A stretch of 64,000 nucleotides of DNA from Pocillopora damicornis (GCF_003704095.1 NW_020844515.1:124001-188000), one strand, 5' to 3'. Positions 51,267-64,000 are shown, numbered from the stretch's first letter. The notes: generated by a model from the letters alone, not told the origin. Translations and numbers: made by a program.

Positions 51267-51950
51267 AAGGTGGATGTTAAGACGTTATAGCCATGTTTTT
51301 ACAGTAGTGAAAGTGTTCGCGGGCGCCCACAAACGCATGACAAGAGAGTTGCGATTGGGAATGTCAGAGGAAGGAATGTAGACTCATCTATTTCATTTAA
51401 TCACGTCTTGCCTATAAGAGAAGCAGATGATATTAACGATGAATTGAATCCCGTCCATCTTTTTTCGAATGATCACGAATGATCATCTGAACATTATAGT
51501 ACCCGATATCGGAAGACCATAAGGTGCTCAATAGAATTGCCTGGTTCAAAGCCAATTTCTCTTAGACAGCGCTACGGCAATTCACTAAGTAGCCTTTTGT
51601 ATATTCGCAGGTGTCTTTGAAGGCTATGTAGCAAACCGAAGTGACCTTATCCTTTAAACTTAAAAGATATAATTGATTCTCCGTATAAGTTTCCACACGT
51701 TGCTTTAAACTATTTTTAAAAAATTGGGTTTTACATTAAGATGGCTCTTGCTAGCACTAGTTTAAAATACTTGTTCTTCGAACCGCAGAGACCAGCTCTG
51801 ATGAAAATATTATAAGCCTCGGAAGACAATTCAACCACAGTTGTCATTGAAAGATTAAGAGGAGATGTTGGAGATAATAATTTTTTTTCCGTGATCCACT
51901 TGCCAGGCGATTCGGCACATAGTGCGGGATTGACGTTTAGCTTTGATTGG

Positions 51951-54900
51951 CTAACCACTGCAGTCTTTAATCCTCACGTCGTCTATACCAATGTCTCCTT
52001 TAAAACCTGAACCACGAATCCCCTCGAAATAAATCTAAAAGTAAAAAAAAATGCGTTCTTAAAGAAATTGCCTTTTTTTTTCTTCCTTACCAACACAGTG
52101 TACAATTACGTTACCTCATGCATTTTTTCGGCCAGGAATTGCTCTCAATCAGTAGGGTTTAAGATGGTGTTTAAATTTGCGCGCAACTCCAGACTTATTG
52201 AGACTTTTTATTTCCTAACTAAACGGGAGGCATACTCGTTTATTAACGATAAAGGTTGGTGCTAGAATGGAATTCAAATCGTATATCAATCGGTCACGCA
52301 TTTCACAATAATAGGTAGCAAATTAACGATTATTTGCCGGGCGTAAGTAACGAATCTCGTGAATTTCAAGTAACTATAGTATGCCTTCTTCTCCTTAAAA
52401 GCAACTAAGAAATCGCCTCGCAGCGAATCAAAGAATAACTTATTTAAGTGTCACTCTATCTCCAATGTCTCATTTTTTCTCATGTCTCAAAAGTTCTCGA
52501 GGTGCCTACTAACAAGGAAAATTTGGGGAGCTTTTGAATAGAGTTATATTAGATTAAAATAGTGTCTTCCGCTTTGGTTTTATACCTGAAATTTTTCTTT
52601 GCAAGAAATTACTACGTTAGCGAACATCCAGTGTGTTCCCTGCATGAAGGATCTCTTCCACAGAGTTGTTGCTGTTCCATCCGCAGTTTTCTTTAGGACC
52701 CTCAGTGTTCCCATCTGAGCTCCGTACATATGATACCAAAACGTCAATCGTCGACAAGATGTTGGAGGAATCTTAGGGCTGTGAAAGCAGGCGACGTCTC
52801 CATTCTCGGCCGGGGCTGATGCTTCAAAAAATAAGTATCTTCCTGTACACGAGAAAGGTCAGCAAGAGTGAATATCATTTGAAAAGTTTGATGGCGGAGC
52901 TCCAGCGCACGACAGAGGTGCGCCTGCTATTGTGGCCCTATTCTTTCACAGATGAAAGAAAAATGGGGGAGGAGACTGAAGAAAGAGAAAATGATAGAAT
53001 TATTGAAACCTTGCGTCGATCAATTCGAACTTTCGGGCAACCCCTCAAGCAAGTGAACTGTTGAAGATCGGTTTGATCAAATTCCCGTCTCCCTGAGCAT
53101 TCTGGCGTTCAAATTCCTACTCAAGCACAATTTCTTTATTAAACGGATTTTTCTGTGTGAGCAAAGTAACGTTTAAGTTTTAGGCGCTTCTGTTGAGTTT
53201 CTCGCTCGTAAGCATTATTCTATTAAGTGAGAACTTTCCTCTTAGCCATTTGCTTACAAAAGCGTACTCTTTGCTATTAAACTCCTTTTGTATTCTGCTG
53301 GTTGAATTCCCCACCCCACCTAGGCACCGGGGCACGAACGATATTCAAATTCCCATGGGTTAACCGGGGGAGGATGTTGATGCTCCGAATAAATCGGCGT
53401 AGATGTAGAAACTGCGGTTCAAAAATGGTCAATCTTGGGTACTTTTTTGCAAGAGGCAAACGTGCTGAGAGTGTTATCATTTGCTAGCTGGTGCATGAAA
53501 AATATATATTTTAAATAGGTGAACTCCAAGAGAAGAAAAAATTCAGAAAAAATTGAATAAAAATTAGATAAAACTATAATCTCGCCATACTTAGAACGCT
53601 TTCATATTTAAAATCTTGAGAGGTACCTGAGCCCGTAGTGTGATCTCTAACAGGTCCTGTGAAAGGTGATCCGGTTATTCCCATACTGAAATACCAATTT
53701 GGTCGATTCTTCTCTTTGTACGATTCGCACAATTTCCAGCCATGCATACCTTCTGATTCAAATGAAACATCAAATGGACCTGACAGTGAACAAGAAAAAA
53801 ATTACTTGTTAGTCGTCTGAAACTCATGAAGACCAAAGTTATTATAACCAAAACAAACAAGCAAAGAATCTTAGAATGTCATGATTGAGAAAATGTATTT
53901 GGTTGTCTGACTTCACTTGTGACAGGAACCCAACCAACCTATTATCCAGCGCGTCACATGAAAAGTTTAACCTATTGTACGCATTTTCGATGGTTTCAGT
54001 GGGATGAATGACATTAACTTACCAAGATCACAAACTGTCCTTAGACACTTGCCAACATCTTTCCTGTCTCCACCACATTCTTCTCCACCATTCTTTGGAG
54101 GTGGATCATTACATTTTCTTGTTCTAGTGTGGGTGCCATACCCGCATGTTACACTGCAAGGTGACCATGACGACCAACGACCCCAGTGGCCGTCAACTGG
54201 CACTAAGAGAGTTGAAGTTCACCTGTCATTTTCTTGATCAATAAGTATTATGGTTAACGGGAGTTTTTGAGCAAAAAGTAGACTCAAAGTATGTGGTCTT
54301 TTGCGCAAGGTGTAACAAGCATCTCGAGTGATGCTTGAATGTTTTGGACTGAGTACTGATAGATGCCATAGGGGATGTCAAGAGGAGCAAAATTTGAAGT
54401 TGGTTATCTATAATAATAATCGTACTTACAGGAACAGCTCTGAGGACATGGCTTTGTCTGTGTCTGTACACCATACATGTTTGCACCAGGACACTTATCT
54501 CTATTTTTGTTTGAACAGTATCTCTGGCGATCATGAAGGCATTTAGAATTAAGCTTATAACAGGGACCAAAACTTGTCCACGAACTCCAGCCGCCTGTTG
54601 CTGTGTGAACATAAGACAGTTGAATGAGAAATTTTTAGTTAAAATTTTGTGGCAGTTGACTTCTCATAGATGATCAAAGAGTCCTTTGATATGGGGTAAT
54701 TTCTTTCAGTTATCGGCAACACATTACAAAGCAAACATATGAGAGTAGAAGACTGCTTAGGCTAAAGGGTGAATCTATAGAACTTGAAGAAGATAGAATG
54801 GCTTTTCAGAACTAATCAAGTAACTGATAAAGAGAGTAAGTTTCTTAAGAAACTGGTGCTGCGTCAGTGGGCGAGTATAACATGACAATTCACCCTTTAT

Positions 54901-57900
54901 CTACTAAGTAGATAATGTAAATTAGCTCTGTAAAGAGTTTCTAGCGCAACGCTTAGCGGAAACTAGAAATAGTCGCTATGTTTCATTTGATAAAATTAAT
55001 TAAATGGGTTACCGTTGTTTGAAAGTAAATAATGCATGTACAGGGGTGGATCAAGGGGAGGGGTGCAGGGGATGCACANNNNNNNNNNNNNNNNNNNNNN
55101 NNNNNNNNNNNNNNNNNNNNNNNNNNNNNNNNNNNNNNNNNNNNNNNNNNNNNNTTTCAAGAATTTATGTTAAACGCCGTCAAAATGATAGATTGGCACT
55201 GACGCTTCGTGCATTAACCCCTCTATTCGTCTGAGATGTCAGTCATATCATTCCTTGTAGAGCACCCCTTCCGGAGAAAAATCCTGGATCCGCCCTTGAT
55301 GTAAGATGTATGTGTGCAAGTGAGAGTCTTAAAAACTTACCATCATTGGAGCAGTCATATAGAACGTTTAACTGTTCAATATCTGTTTTACTGAATCCAA
55401 ACCGCTGTCCAATTACTTTATAGGGATTACCGATAACCTCGATTGTTGGTCTGCCATTTTTGTTGAATGTGTACCTGCCATAATGCATGATACTGCCCGT
55501 ATCGTACGGTGCGTTCAAAGGATCAAGGTCTTCCTCACTTTGCTTTTTAAAGTTGTGTTCCTTTCCTAAGAATGACAAGTACATGAACACCCTAAAGAAG
55601 TTGAAACAGCTTAATCGGGTCTTTTTTCTCATGCACTTCCTGCTCCAAAGAGATAAAAAAATATTGGTTCGAGAAGAGAGAAAAACACAAAAGAGGAAAT
55701 AATGATACAAGAAGGAACAAAGATGGCTAATCATGGTGAAAATTGAATCAGATTGTAAATGACAACAAAATATTAGTTTGGTTGGATAGAAACCACAGAA
55801 GAGGAAGGAGAAACAAGGAGCAAGGATGGAGAGGACTGACACAAATTGCTCATAAAGATCCGTGGAAAAATTTTAAGACGTCGTTACCACAGCTCACTCG
55901 TCGAAAAGATGTCAGTGTGAAGTACAACCAAACTTTTAAGGAGAAAAGGCATTGCGATATGAAACAAAACAGTTCACTGACCAGGTTGAATATTCTCCCA
56001 GTAAATTGCCACGTATTTGTCTCGGTCCGGTCGACCTTGTTCGTGGTAGAACCCAAGAGTATGCATCATTTCGTGGCAGATTATGCCTTTTTGGTTGCAA
56101 CCAACTCCAAGGGAAATCAACTGAGGTGATTTTCGCCTGTACCCAACCGGTGACCAACACCTGAGCAGACACAAGAAAAGATCTGATAATTAAAGATTTT
56201 GACAATGTATCCAATAGTCAACAATGACATACACACGCACCAACAAAGTATGGGGTTAGTGATGGCGAGCTGGACTGGAAATGGTGATGTCGCGTAACGG
56301 GCGCTGGCCGAATCGTTGTGGTATGTTTTTGGGCAAGACACTTTACGTTCACAAAGTGCCTCTTCTCGAATCACGAGTATAAATGAGTACTGACCAAAGA
56401 TCAGGGTCACTCAGGCTAAATCAGTGATGAATGGATGACAAAAATTCTCGTTGGTTCATGCTACGGAAAACGGAATTCGCTCCGTTAGGACGGGCCTTAT
56501 GACTCGAGAGCTATCTCTAAATCTCTTATACCAACAAGAATATGATAAAGCGATTTCTTAAAAGGGGCTAACGAAGCCCGTGTTCCTAACATTTACAATT
56601 ACTTAAATCCTCGTAAAGTAATATAAAAGTTCATCCAATCTTTATTTTTTTAAGAAGTTGTAATTATTTACCCTTTACCCTTGATGAATCTGACCCAATA
56701 TTTCTCTTTTCCTCTTGGTTTCCATTTGATGCAAGTGTACTTATTAAACTCAGCAACTGCAGCTCGAATATTTGCCATGTAACCAGATGACACTTGAGGT
56801 TAGCAAAAATAAGGAGATAATGCATGTTTATTTAATTATTTAATTAATAATTATAAATTATTTAAGCTTTACTTTTATCTGCAGGTTACACATTAGCAAG
56901 ACTTTTAAATGTCCAAAACATGTTAGAGCTATATCAGTTGCAAACAGGGGCTTTTGCTGTTGCGATACTTGCCCTCAGGAAAATTATAAAATTCCGTTCT
57001 TCTTAGAATCTCAGTCCAGTTACATATGACAAATGACATAAAAATGTAATAATTTCCAAAAATATATGCTCTTACCATGAAGTCAGTTGTGCATCAGTAC
57101 GAAATAGACGACTAATCACAGAGCTCGTAGTATTCAGTTTCAAAATTGTATAATTTTCCTCCACAAATGTTGAATCTTACCAAGCTCTTGAGAGATTTCG
57201 TATGGAATGATCTTCGTCCTCCATGTATACTGTCGGCTTCGTACTGCATCGTTAATCTTTTCCTCGTCGGTGGCATTTTTTAAATCAAGATCAGTTTTGA
57301 TATCACCTTCTAGTAAGTCAGTAACGTCCTCAGCTTAAATATAAAGCAATATTCCTCTTGTTGATTGCGATACTGATTAAGTCAGCTTCAAGTTAGAAGA
57401 ATTACCTCATCACATTTACCTCATCAGATTTGAATTAAAATCTCAGAATATGTGGCACAAAAACATCACAGAATAAAGGAGATTACAGCGTGACTTTCAT
57501 CAAGGTCGTCAACTCAAAAATAGCTAATCCGAATACAGGAAATGAACGACGAATTCCATTCACTTGTTTGTTACATTTCTTTTCTCTGGTTCTCAATTCA
57601 ATTCAATGGAAATCAATGTGCGTTTCCCATAAATGCGATCGGTCAATTTTGTTTGATGGACCCCGGTACACGACCTTCAATAACGACCTCAAATAAAAAA
57701 ACTTGAAAAGTGTAGGGTAAATTCTTCAAGTTGTGAGCTGTTAAGTAAGTTTTCAAGTCAACGCTAAACGAATAAGTTCTTAAAGGAAAACAAGAACACC
57801 ATTTTGACAGTTTTCAGTCGGAGGTAAAGTTCCTCGAAAAAGTGTTAGCAAAAGGAAATGCTCATCATCTATACTGAAACAAAAAATTCACCATTATTGC

Positions 57901-59069
57901 GATTAACTTAATATTTAAATCATTTGGAGTACGGTTTTTATATTTTCTTTGATCCTGAGAGATACTCTTAATATCGATCATGGATAAACACGTTTTAATT
58001 TAATTAATTTCATTAACTTAATTCGTAGGGAGGATCGTATCATAACGCTCGAGATCTAAAATAACATATGTGGCCACCGACCTTCATTTATTTTCCAAAT
58101 CTCATCAAAGGCAGACAGAGTTTCATAATCCTCTGGCAGCCAGTTTGGATCTTCGCTATCAAAATAATTCTCCCAACCTGTGATATAAGAAGAAATATAA
58201 CATAGTAACTTCTGCAACAGAAGAGGACGCCGACGAAGGCAAGATATATTTTGAGACAAAACGAGGCAATCTAGTGAGAGTGTTCACTTCCTATTTTTTC
58301 GTCACTTTAACTCATGGAAATAACGATGAAATACGGAAGTCTAACGATCGTAGAGAAGGTGCCTCGTGCTGTACATCAAAATAAATCATTGCAGTCGCTT
58401 AAGATCGAAATTTTGTTGTTAGGAGACATGGAGTATCATAAGTAACACCTTCCAGTCGAAAAAAACAGACAACCATTTTTAGAAAGCTCTACAAGAAGAA
58501 CACGATTCCTCAGATCTGGATTACGTTAAAATACTTTCACGATTTTCAGAAGGGAAAGAGAGAAAAACCGTTTCCATGTTCACAGGGTATTTTTCATTCT
58601 TCCTTTATAGCTTTTTTGAAAAGTGTGGTCTTGTTCTCGAAACAAGTGACACGGCATTTTCCTCGGTGTCTTAAATTTGTCTTTAACCTACAATGTTTAT
58701 GGTAAAACAGGATAAAAATAACCTGCTTTATGGACTGGTTATCGATATTTTCCCACAAGTATAAACATCCTCAACCGTTACCCATGGGAAGCTTTCACCT
58801 AATAATTGGGGAAATAGTAAATAAGGTGTTTTTGAGTGAAGTTTTTCACATGAGTAATATAACTCTTTAAGTTTAAGTTCCACCTACATGGTTAACACCA
58901 GTAGCAAAGAAAAGTTAGTCGCCTGACAAAAAAAAATTGACTGAGTTCACCTGAGAGAACAAAAGTGAATCTTTTTTGTGAACTTACCCTCTTCGCGCTT
59001 AATAACAGTTCCTCCGCAGATTTCGCCTATGACAAAGAAATAAAGCACCGCTCTACACAGAACTAACAT
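51951..59069 (-). CDS. Secreted astacin-family (M12A) metalloprotease with two TSP1 domains and a C-terminal MAM domain, about 566 aa
   Basis: Exons 59069-58988, 58177-58082, 57333-57181, 56792-56672, 56160-55982, 55565-55341, 54600-54430, 54202-54023, 53779-53627, 52842-52586, 52034-51951. Signal peptide, propeptide LEGDI, zinc motif HEMMHTLGFYHEQGRPDRD, Met-turn SIMHY, TSP1 WSSW motifs, MAM motifs TGPVRDHTTGSGRYL, FWYHMYG and GDIGIDD. Confidence 0.93.
55041..55298. mobile_element. PIF/Harbinger-like MITE containing a gap
   Basis: TIR-like ends CAGGGGTGGATC / GATCCGCCCTTG. Confidence 0.5.
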
Positions 59070-61387
59070 GTTGATCTGGGATTATGAGTTTGAGCACTTG
59101 AATCCAACCTTGAACTTTGATTTTGTTTGGATGTTATTCAGTTCCTCTAGGCGGGAGATCTTGGTAACTTTACCCTAATTCCTACGAAGATTTCAAAAGC
59201 AACGAGTCACGAAAACGCTTGGCTCACTGAGAAAATTTAAAAAGCCCGCCCCCTCTTACTTCAAATCCCCAAAAACACTTCACGCTTGTTTAGTTTACAA
59301 AAGTATCATAGCACTCTTATAAGTTTATATTTTTATTATCTTTTTTACCAGTTCCTTTTGACAACACAACCAATCTATTAAGACTAAATAAACCTTTGTC
59401 AGTCAATAAGAAGATATCACTCTATGTCATATTTTCATTACGTATTTTGAACTTAAACACCACGCAGAAAAAAGTTGAATACCTTTTTAACTCTTGAAAA
59501 TGCACCATGTTATACGTCCTCTCTTTCTATGCTGTCAGCTAATGTTCATCTGTTGACTTCATGTTTCGTTAATTTTCCGAAAGAGTTTACGGAATATAAG
59601 ATGTTGCGAGGGACTAAGTCGAGTGCAGTAACAAAGTCACCCGTGGAGAGCCGGCCAGGGAAAATGGGTTGACTACATCGCGTCGAGGCTTTCCGATTTC
59701 ATTCCGCATAACAAGTTTGTGTTAAGAATCATCAAATTATCAAATTTGATTTCATTTCAAATCAAATGAACCGTACAATTTTAGTGCGACTCGCTCTTGC
59801 TGAGTGACTGTTGGTAGATGTGATCAGTTTACTGAAATCCCATCCGATAGACAAATAACGGTTTCGTTACTTATTGTGGGCTTGACGCTAGTGATAAGTA
59901 ATACTCTCGGCAGTTCGCGCCTTTTAAGGAGACCTTCGATTTCCGACCCTCCCTTATTCAAAAAGGTTTGTTCGTCGATCGTTTTCAGGGATAGGATTTC
60001 ACGAAACGCGAAATGCGATAGCGTGTGTCACAGGTCAGTCAGCAAGACTTAAAATCGCGATAAACTTGTGGGTCATCTACAGCAAAGTAAGAATTTTGAC
60101 TAATGACTTAAATAATGATACGATTGATGGTCCTGAAGATCTTTGCAGCTTAGAGCAATGTTGGGGGAAAAAAATCAGTGTTCCCTGTATTGCTACGCTT
60201 CATTCTTACGTCCAAACATGACATGCCCTTTCAATCGTTTAACTCGAACCATCACCTGTCGAGGCACCGCGCCAGGATAGAACTCGACTAATTGTGAACG
60301 AGAACGCTTTCAATATTTCTATCCATTCAAGACACTTCTTTCAAAAATTGGAGAATATTAAAAAGTCATTGCCAATTGGTTTAGCAAGCAGCATATCTAT
60401 CCTGTATGGTCAAACAGCACAGATCAAGTTCACATGAAAAATGAAAAAAAAAAACTCTTGGTACATCCCTAGCCTGCAGAGCAAGTATGATTTTGCTAAG
60501 GGAATGCTCTGTCTTTATTAGTGAAAATCATAGGTTCCATCTTTTATTTTTACAGCAGTGGAAAGTGGGATGAAGTAAGAAATTTGCTGTGAGGGAAAGA
60601 GGGATGGGAGGAGGGGGGAGGGGAGGGAGAGGGTGAGTGATATAAAAACAAGAGAGTTAGTAAAAGGAGGGGAAAGGGCTGCTAATGTTCCTCCCCCTAC
60701 CCCTTTCCCACACTCATACTATTCATTCTAACTCCTAATCAAATGTAAACAACCTGGATCTTTTAATGCTAACTCACCCTATTAGGATGCCTGCATGCCC
60801 CCCAACCCTTCTCCTCCTTGATAAATAAGTCCCTCTCAAAGTAGGTCAGAAGTACAATGTAAGCCCTTACCCCCCTATGCTGGAGTGGAAACTTTGAAAT
60901 AGGCATCAGACAACTACTGTTCAAGCAATAAGTCAAATGTAACAGTTGGTAGTGTAAAGAACACTTTTTACTTCTAGTAATCTGCCAAAATGCACAATAT
61001 ACATGCCATAATATATTTTTTTAATTATTTTAAAAAAAGCTATTAGATATCAGACCGCATTGAGTTAATGCTGCCATAAATATGTGAACATTCTGACTAG
61101 CAATTTAATATCATAAGAGCACAAGATAGTATAGTAATGTTCTTATCAAGGTACTTGGAAAAAATAATTTTTGAAAACTCCATCGCTTTGCAGTTACCTA
61201 CTCTATACTGGTTGATATTAGGTTCCATAAAACAAGGTAGACAATTCAATTAGTCCTTATCCTCAGAAAAGTGAATTCACTCGAAGAAGTTTTCTTTTCT
61301 TTCGAAAATACTCTGATTCAATGCCCCACTGATTTCTTCAGCAACTCCGAAGTCCAAGTATTTCAAGACGTGTTGTACCATGTAAGA

Positions 61388-62551
61388 TCATCCCATCAGT
61401 AGTAATAAAAGTATTGTAAGTGAGTTAAGCAAAATAAGAGGTACTGAAAAATGAGAAGAGAAGAAATAACTTTTACAAGGGTGAGAATTTGAATCATCAC
61501 TTACTAACCATGCATTCCTTTTCATTTATTTATACATATTTATTTTCTAAGATGTAAGTATACTTACTGAAAAATATTGTGTTGTCACTGCTAGTTTGAT
61601 TTGTACGTCAGATTTAATTGACAGAGAGGCACCAATTCAAGGCCAGTTTGTTCATTAAGAATCAAAGATCTAAGAAGCATTTTGACATTTAAAATTCTAG
61701 TTGAATTTTGATGGCTTAAGCTATTTCCTACTCATATGGAGAATAATTAAAAGTCACTTTGCACAATTTTCTTAGTACTACATTTCTCTTTAAAAACCCA
61801 GTTAATCAGCTGTCAAGCAACTGGAAGGTGGAGAATACTTTACAATGTTAACCATGTTATACCAACTTAAACCCTTCAACTTACTTCTCATAACAGTCCT
61901 GACTGAATGTATGAGATTAATAACTTGGTGTTTTGTTCCTCTTTCGTCTCCAAATCCTGAGAGCTGGTCCGTACCCCATCCAACTGGAACAGAGAAAATA
62001 TAAAATTCACCAAATATCCCCAACACCTGTCACCTCTCCCCACCACTATGCAGTGTACACTCAAGAGGTGGCCAGCTGTACGCAGCAAATAAAACTTGAT
62101 CCTGTACATAACCCTGTTGGTATACCAAGGTTCTACAACGTTAAATGTTCCAATTCGATCCTTAAAAGTACCTAATTCAAAGCGTGACTTTAATAGCGAA
62201 CGCTGACTCAGTGAATTGCATAAACCGCGTGTTTTCTTGGCAGGTAACCGCGCATTTCGAGGTAAGAACCAATGAATTACCATATCTCTAGATTGAAAGT
62301 ACATTGAAACTGAAGACAAAGATACCCTGAGATATTCAATAGGATCTATTCTGAGTATTCCGAAGTCATTTATAAGCTGATAATCAGTAAACTAATTGTT
62401 CACCGTAAATCAAACAAACCTTTCTCTGAAAAATGACAAAAATATACACATGTAACTTACTTTTCGCCAGAAATCGCTCCTCGTGAAGCACTGCAACAGC
62501 ATTTACCACTAAAAGACAGGCTTCGAGTAAACTGTAGAATGTGAACGCCAT
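61388..62551 (-). CDS. IER3IP1: Immediate early response 3-interacting protein 1 (Yos1 family ER membrane protein), 81 aa
   Basis: Exons 62551-62461, 61983-61885, 61443-61388: MAFTFYSLLEACLLVVNAVAVLHEERFLAKIGWG...NLIHSVRTVMRIPLILLNSLTILLLLLMG. Confidence 0.95.
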
Positions 62552-63096
62552 CTTGGATTTTCTGACGTGTAAACATGCGCATTGATATCTTCGAAGATTT
62601 CGTACCCAGGGCTTTGCGATATGTATTGTCCCACTTCCGCCGGATATGCGTTCACGCGCAATATGGCGGCAAACTGATGCAACTTTTAACCACTTCGTAT
62701 TTTCCCCCACCAGGAAGCTTATCCTCAACAATTAGTCAGAACCAGTTTTATTAGAAGAAAGTGAAAGCACTCTTTCTACCTCTATCGCTAGAGAACCGGT
62801 CTGGAAACTTACAAACGGCGCATGATGTTCAGCACAATCCTTTCTAGATCGATGACGATTTTGAATTTTAGAGATGATGCAATTTGCGTGATTCAGTTCC
62901 TAAAATGATCATCAAAGTTTCGAGGAACAAGGGGGTGTAGCATGTACGTGGCATAATGTGAAAGAACCACATTTCTTCCGACGTGGTCTTGAGACGTAAT
63001 ATAAGTTCACCAACAAAACCTCTTCTTCAAAGTTCGATTTGTCTCTTCAGTCAGATGTCAGTTAAGAGCCATTCAATTTCAAGAACAGTGTTCAGG
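62552..63096. promoter_or_regulatory. Bidirectional promoter IER3IP1 / small HSP with ACGTG-core (XBP1/CREB3/UPRE-like) motifs
   Basis: TGACGTGT 62563-62570, ACGTGGC 62946-62952, GACGTGG 62980-62986; TATA-like AATATAAG near 62998. Confidence 0.45.
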
Positions 63097-64000
63097 ATGA
63101 AGAGTCTTCTCCTATTCTTTGTACTCGTGGTAATAAGTGGTAGAAGTGAAGGTTCATGGTTAATGAGCCAACCCTTCGATGATTTTGGGTGAGTGCAGTA
63201 TTTAAGTTTTTTTTTTTTTTTTTTCTCCACGACACCGTCCAATGGTAAATCGCATGGCAGGTTTATGAGAATACCTATCATTTATTGTTTAGCTGTCCGA
63301 CCAGATCTGTAGATTCGTTGCCAAATTGCTTTAATCGGGACTGCCTGACCGTATCTAAGAAACCCTCAGTCATAATTATCTATGCAACTGAATTGGTAAA
63401 GCAATTGGGGACACTCAGATTTTAATTGACTGGTTTTATTTGTTGACCTTGACGAGATGTTTGGCAGTTACATCCCACAACCAGATCCCATCGAGTTATT
63501 TTTAAGAGTTTGACAGCTTACGGTGGAAAAATTGAAAAACCAAGTTTTCACAAGGTCTTCAAAATTTACTAACTAGGGAATGTCGCAATAAATAATATTC
63601 TCTTAGCGCATATTGTTGTGAAACCATAATCTCAAACTCTTATTATCTAGAAGGGACCTCACAAACTCTTCCTCACACCTTGTTGTTCTGGAACTTCCGG
63701 ACTCTCCTTCCCGTTCCCGGGACATCGAATTCCTTGTAAAACACCGTGATGCGTGTGAATATCTTTCGTTATCGCAGATTGTGGCACAGAAATAACTTTC
63801 TTGACTTTGTCAACTGGGATCCATTCGAAGACGATCCGTTGGAAACGGCCTTTTTCCACAACCAAGATCCTTATTTTCCAAGAATACACAGAACAATTGG
63901 TGCCAGTCATAGACCAGTTTCGTACCCATTCGTGAAACGAAATGACGAGGACGTTTTCAAACTAGTCTTGGACGTCAATGGATTCAATCCGAGTGAACTT
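63097..64000 (+). CDS. Small heat-shock protein (HSP20/alpha-crystallin family) with an N-terminal signal peptide, 3'-truncated by the window
   Basis: Exon 63097-63188 (MKSLLLFFVLVVISGRSEGSWLMSQPFDDFG) joins in phase 2 to an exon from 63778 that stays open to the window end: LWHRNNFLDFVNWDPFEDDP...NDEDVFKLVLDVNGFNPSEL, i.e. a WDPF motif plus the start of an alpha-crystallin domain. Confidence 0.75.

Noticed and set aside
60590-60720. G-rich purine tract as a functional G-quadruplex (similar tract at 125-160)
   Set aside because: Low-complexity tracts of this kind accompany common repeats; nothing specific supports function
63651-63793. Alternative exon 2 acceptor (TAG at 63648-63650) for the last gene
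   Set aside because: In phase with exon 1 it reaches a stop after about 47 codons with no recognisable motif; the acceptor at 63777 gives an open sHSP-like frame

Overview
AT-rich, intron-rich animal genomic DNA. The gene content, the expanded class-A GPCR fragments and the repeat families suggest a scleractinian coral; this is an inference, not a database hit. The ORF track is mostly uninformative because the genes are spliced, so I rebuilt gene models by hand from GT-AG boundaries and checked exon phases. Order: gap-riddled mosaic of GPCR fragments (about 1-7.9 kb); MYBBP1A/Pol5-like (-, 36 exons); STOML2 (+, 14 exons, head-to-head with MYBBP1A); orphan class-A GPCR with an uninterrupted CDS (+); CXorf65-like (-); AGGF1 (+, head-to-head with CXorf65-like), with an LRRC74-like LRR/EF-hand gene nested antisense in intron 8; astacin-TSP1-TSP1-MAM metalloprotease (-); IER3IP1 (-); and, head-to-head with IER3IP1 and cut off by the window end, a small heat-shock (alpha-crystallin) gene that starts with a signal peptide. 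Best leads: (1) the signal-peptide small HSP, which shares a promoter carrying UPR-like ACGTG motifs with the ER protein IER3IP1; (2) three paralogous H/ACA-like guide RNAs in STOML2 introns; (3) the intron-poor nested LRRC74-like gene, plus a variant RFX X-box found upstream of both putative ciliary genes. Several MITE and tRNA-derived repeat families are present. No CRISPR arrays, rRNA genes or intact transposases were seen.
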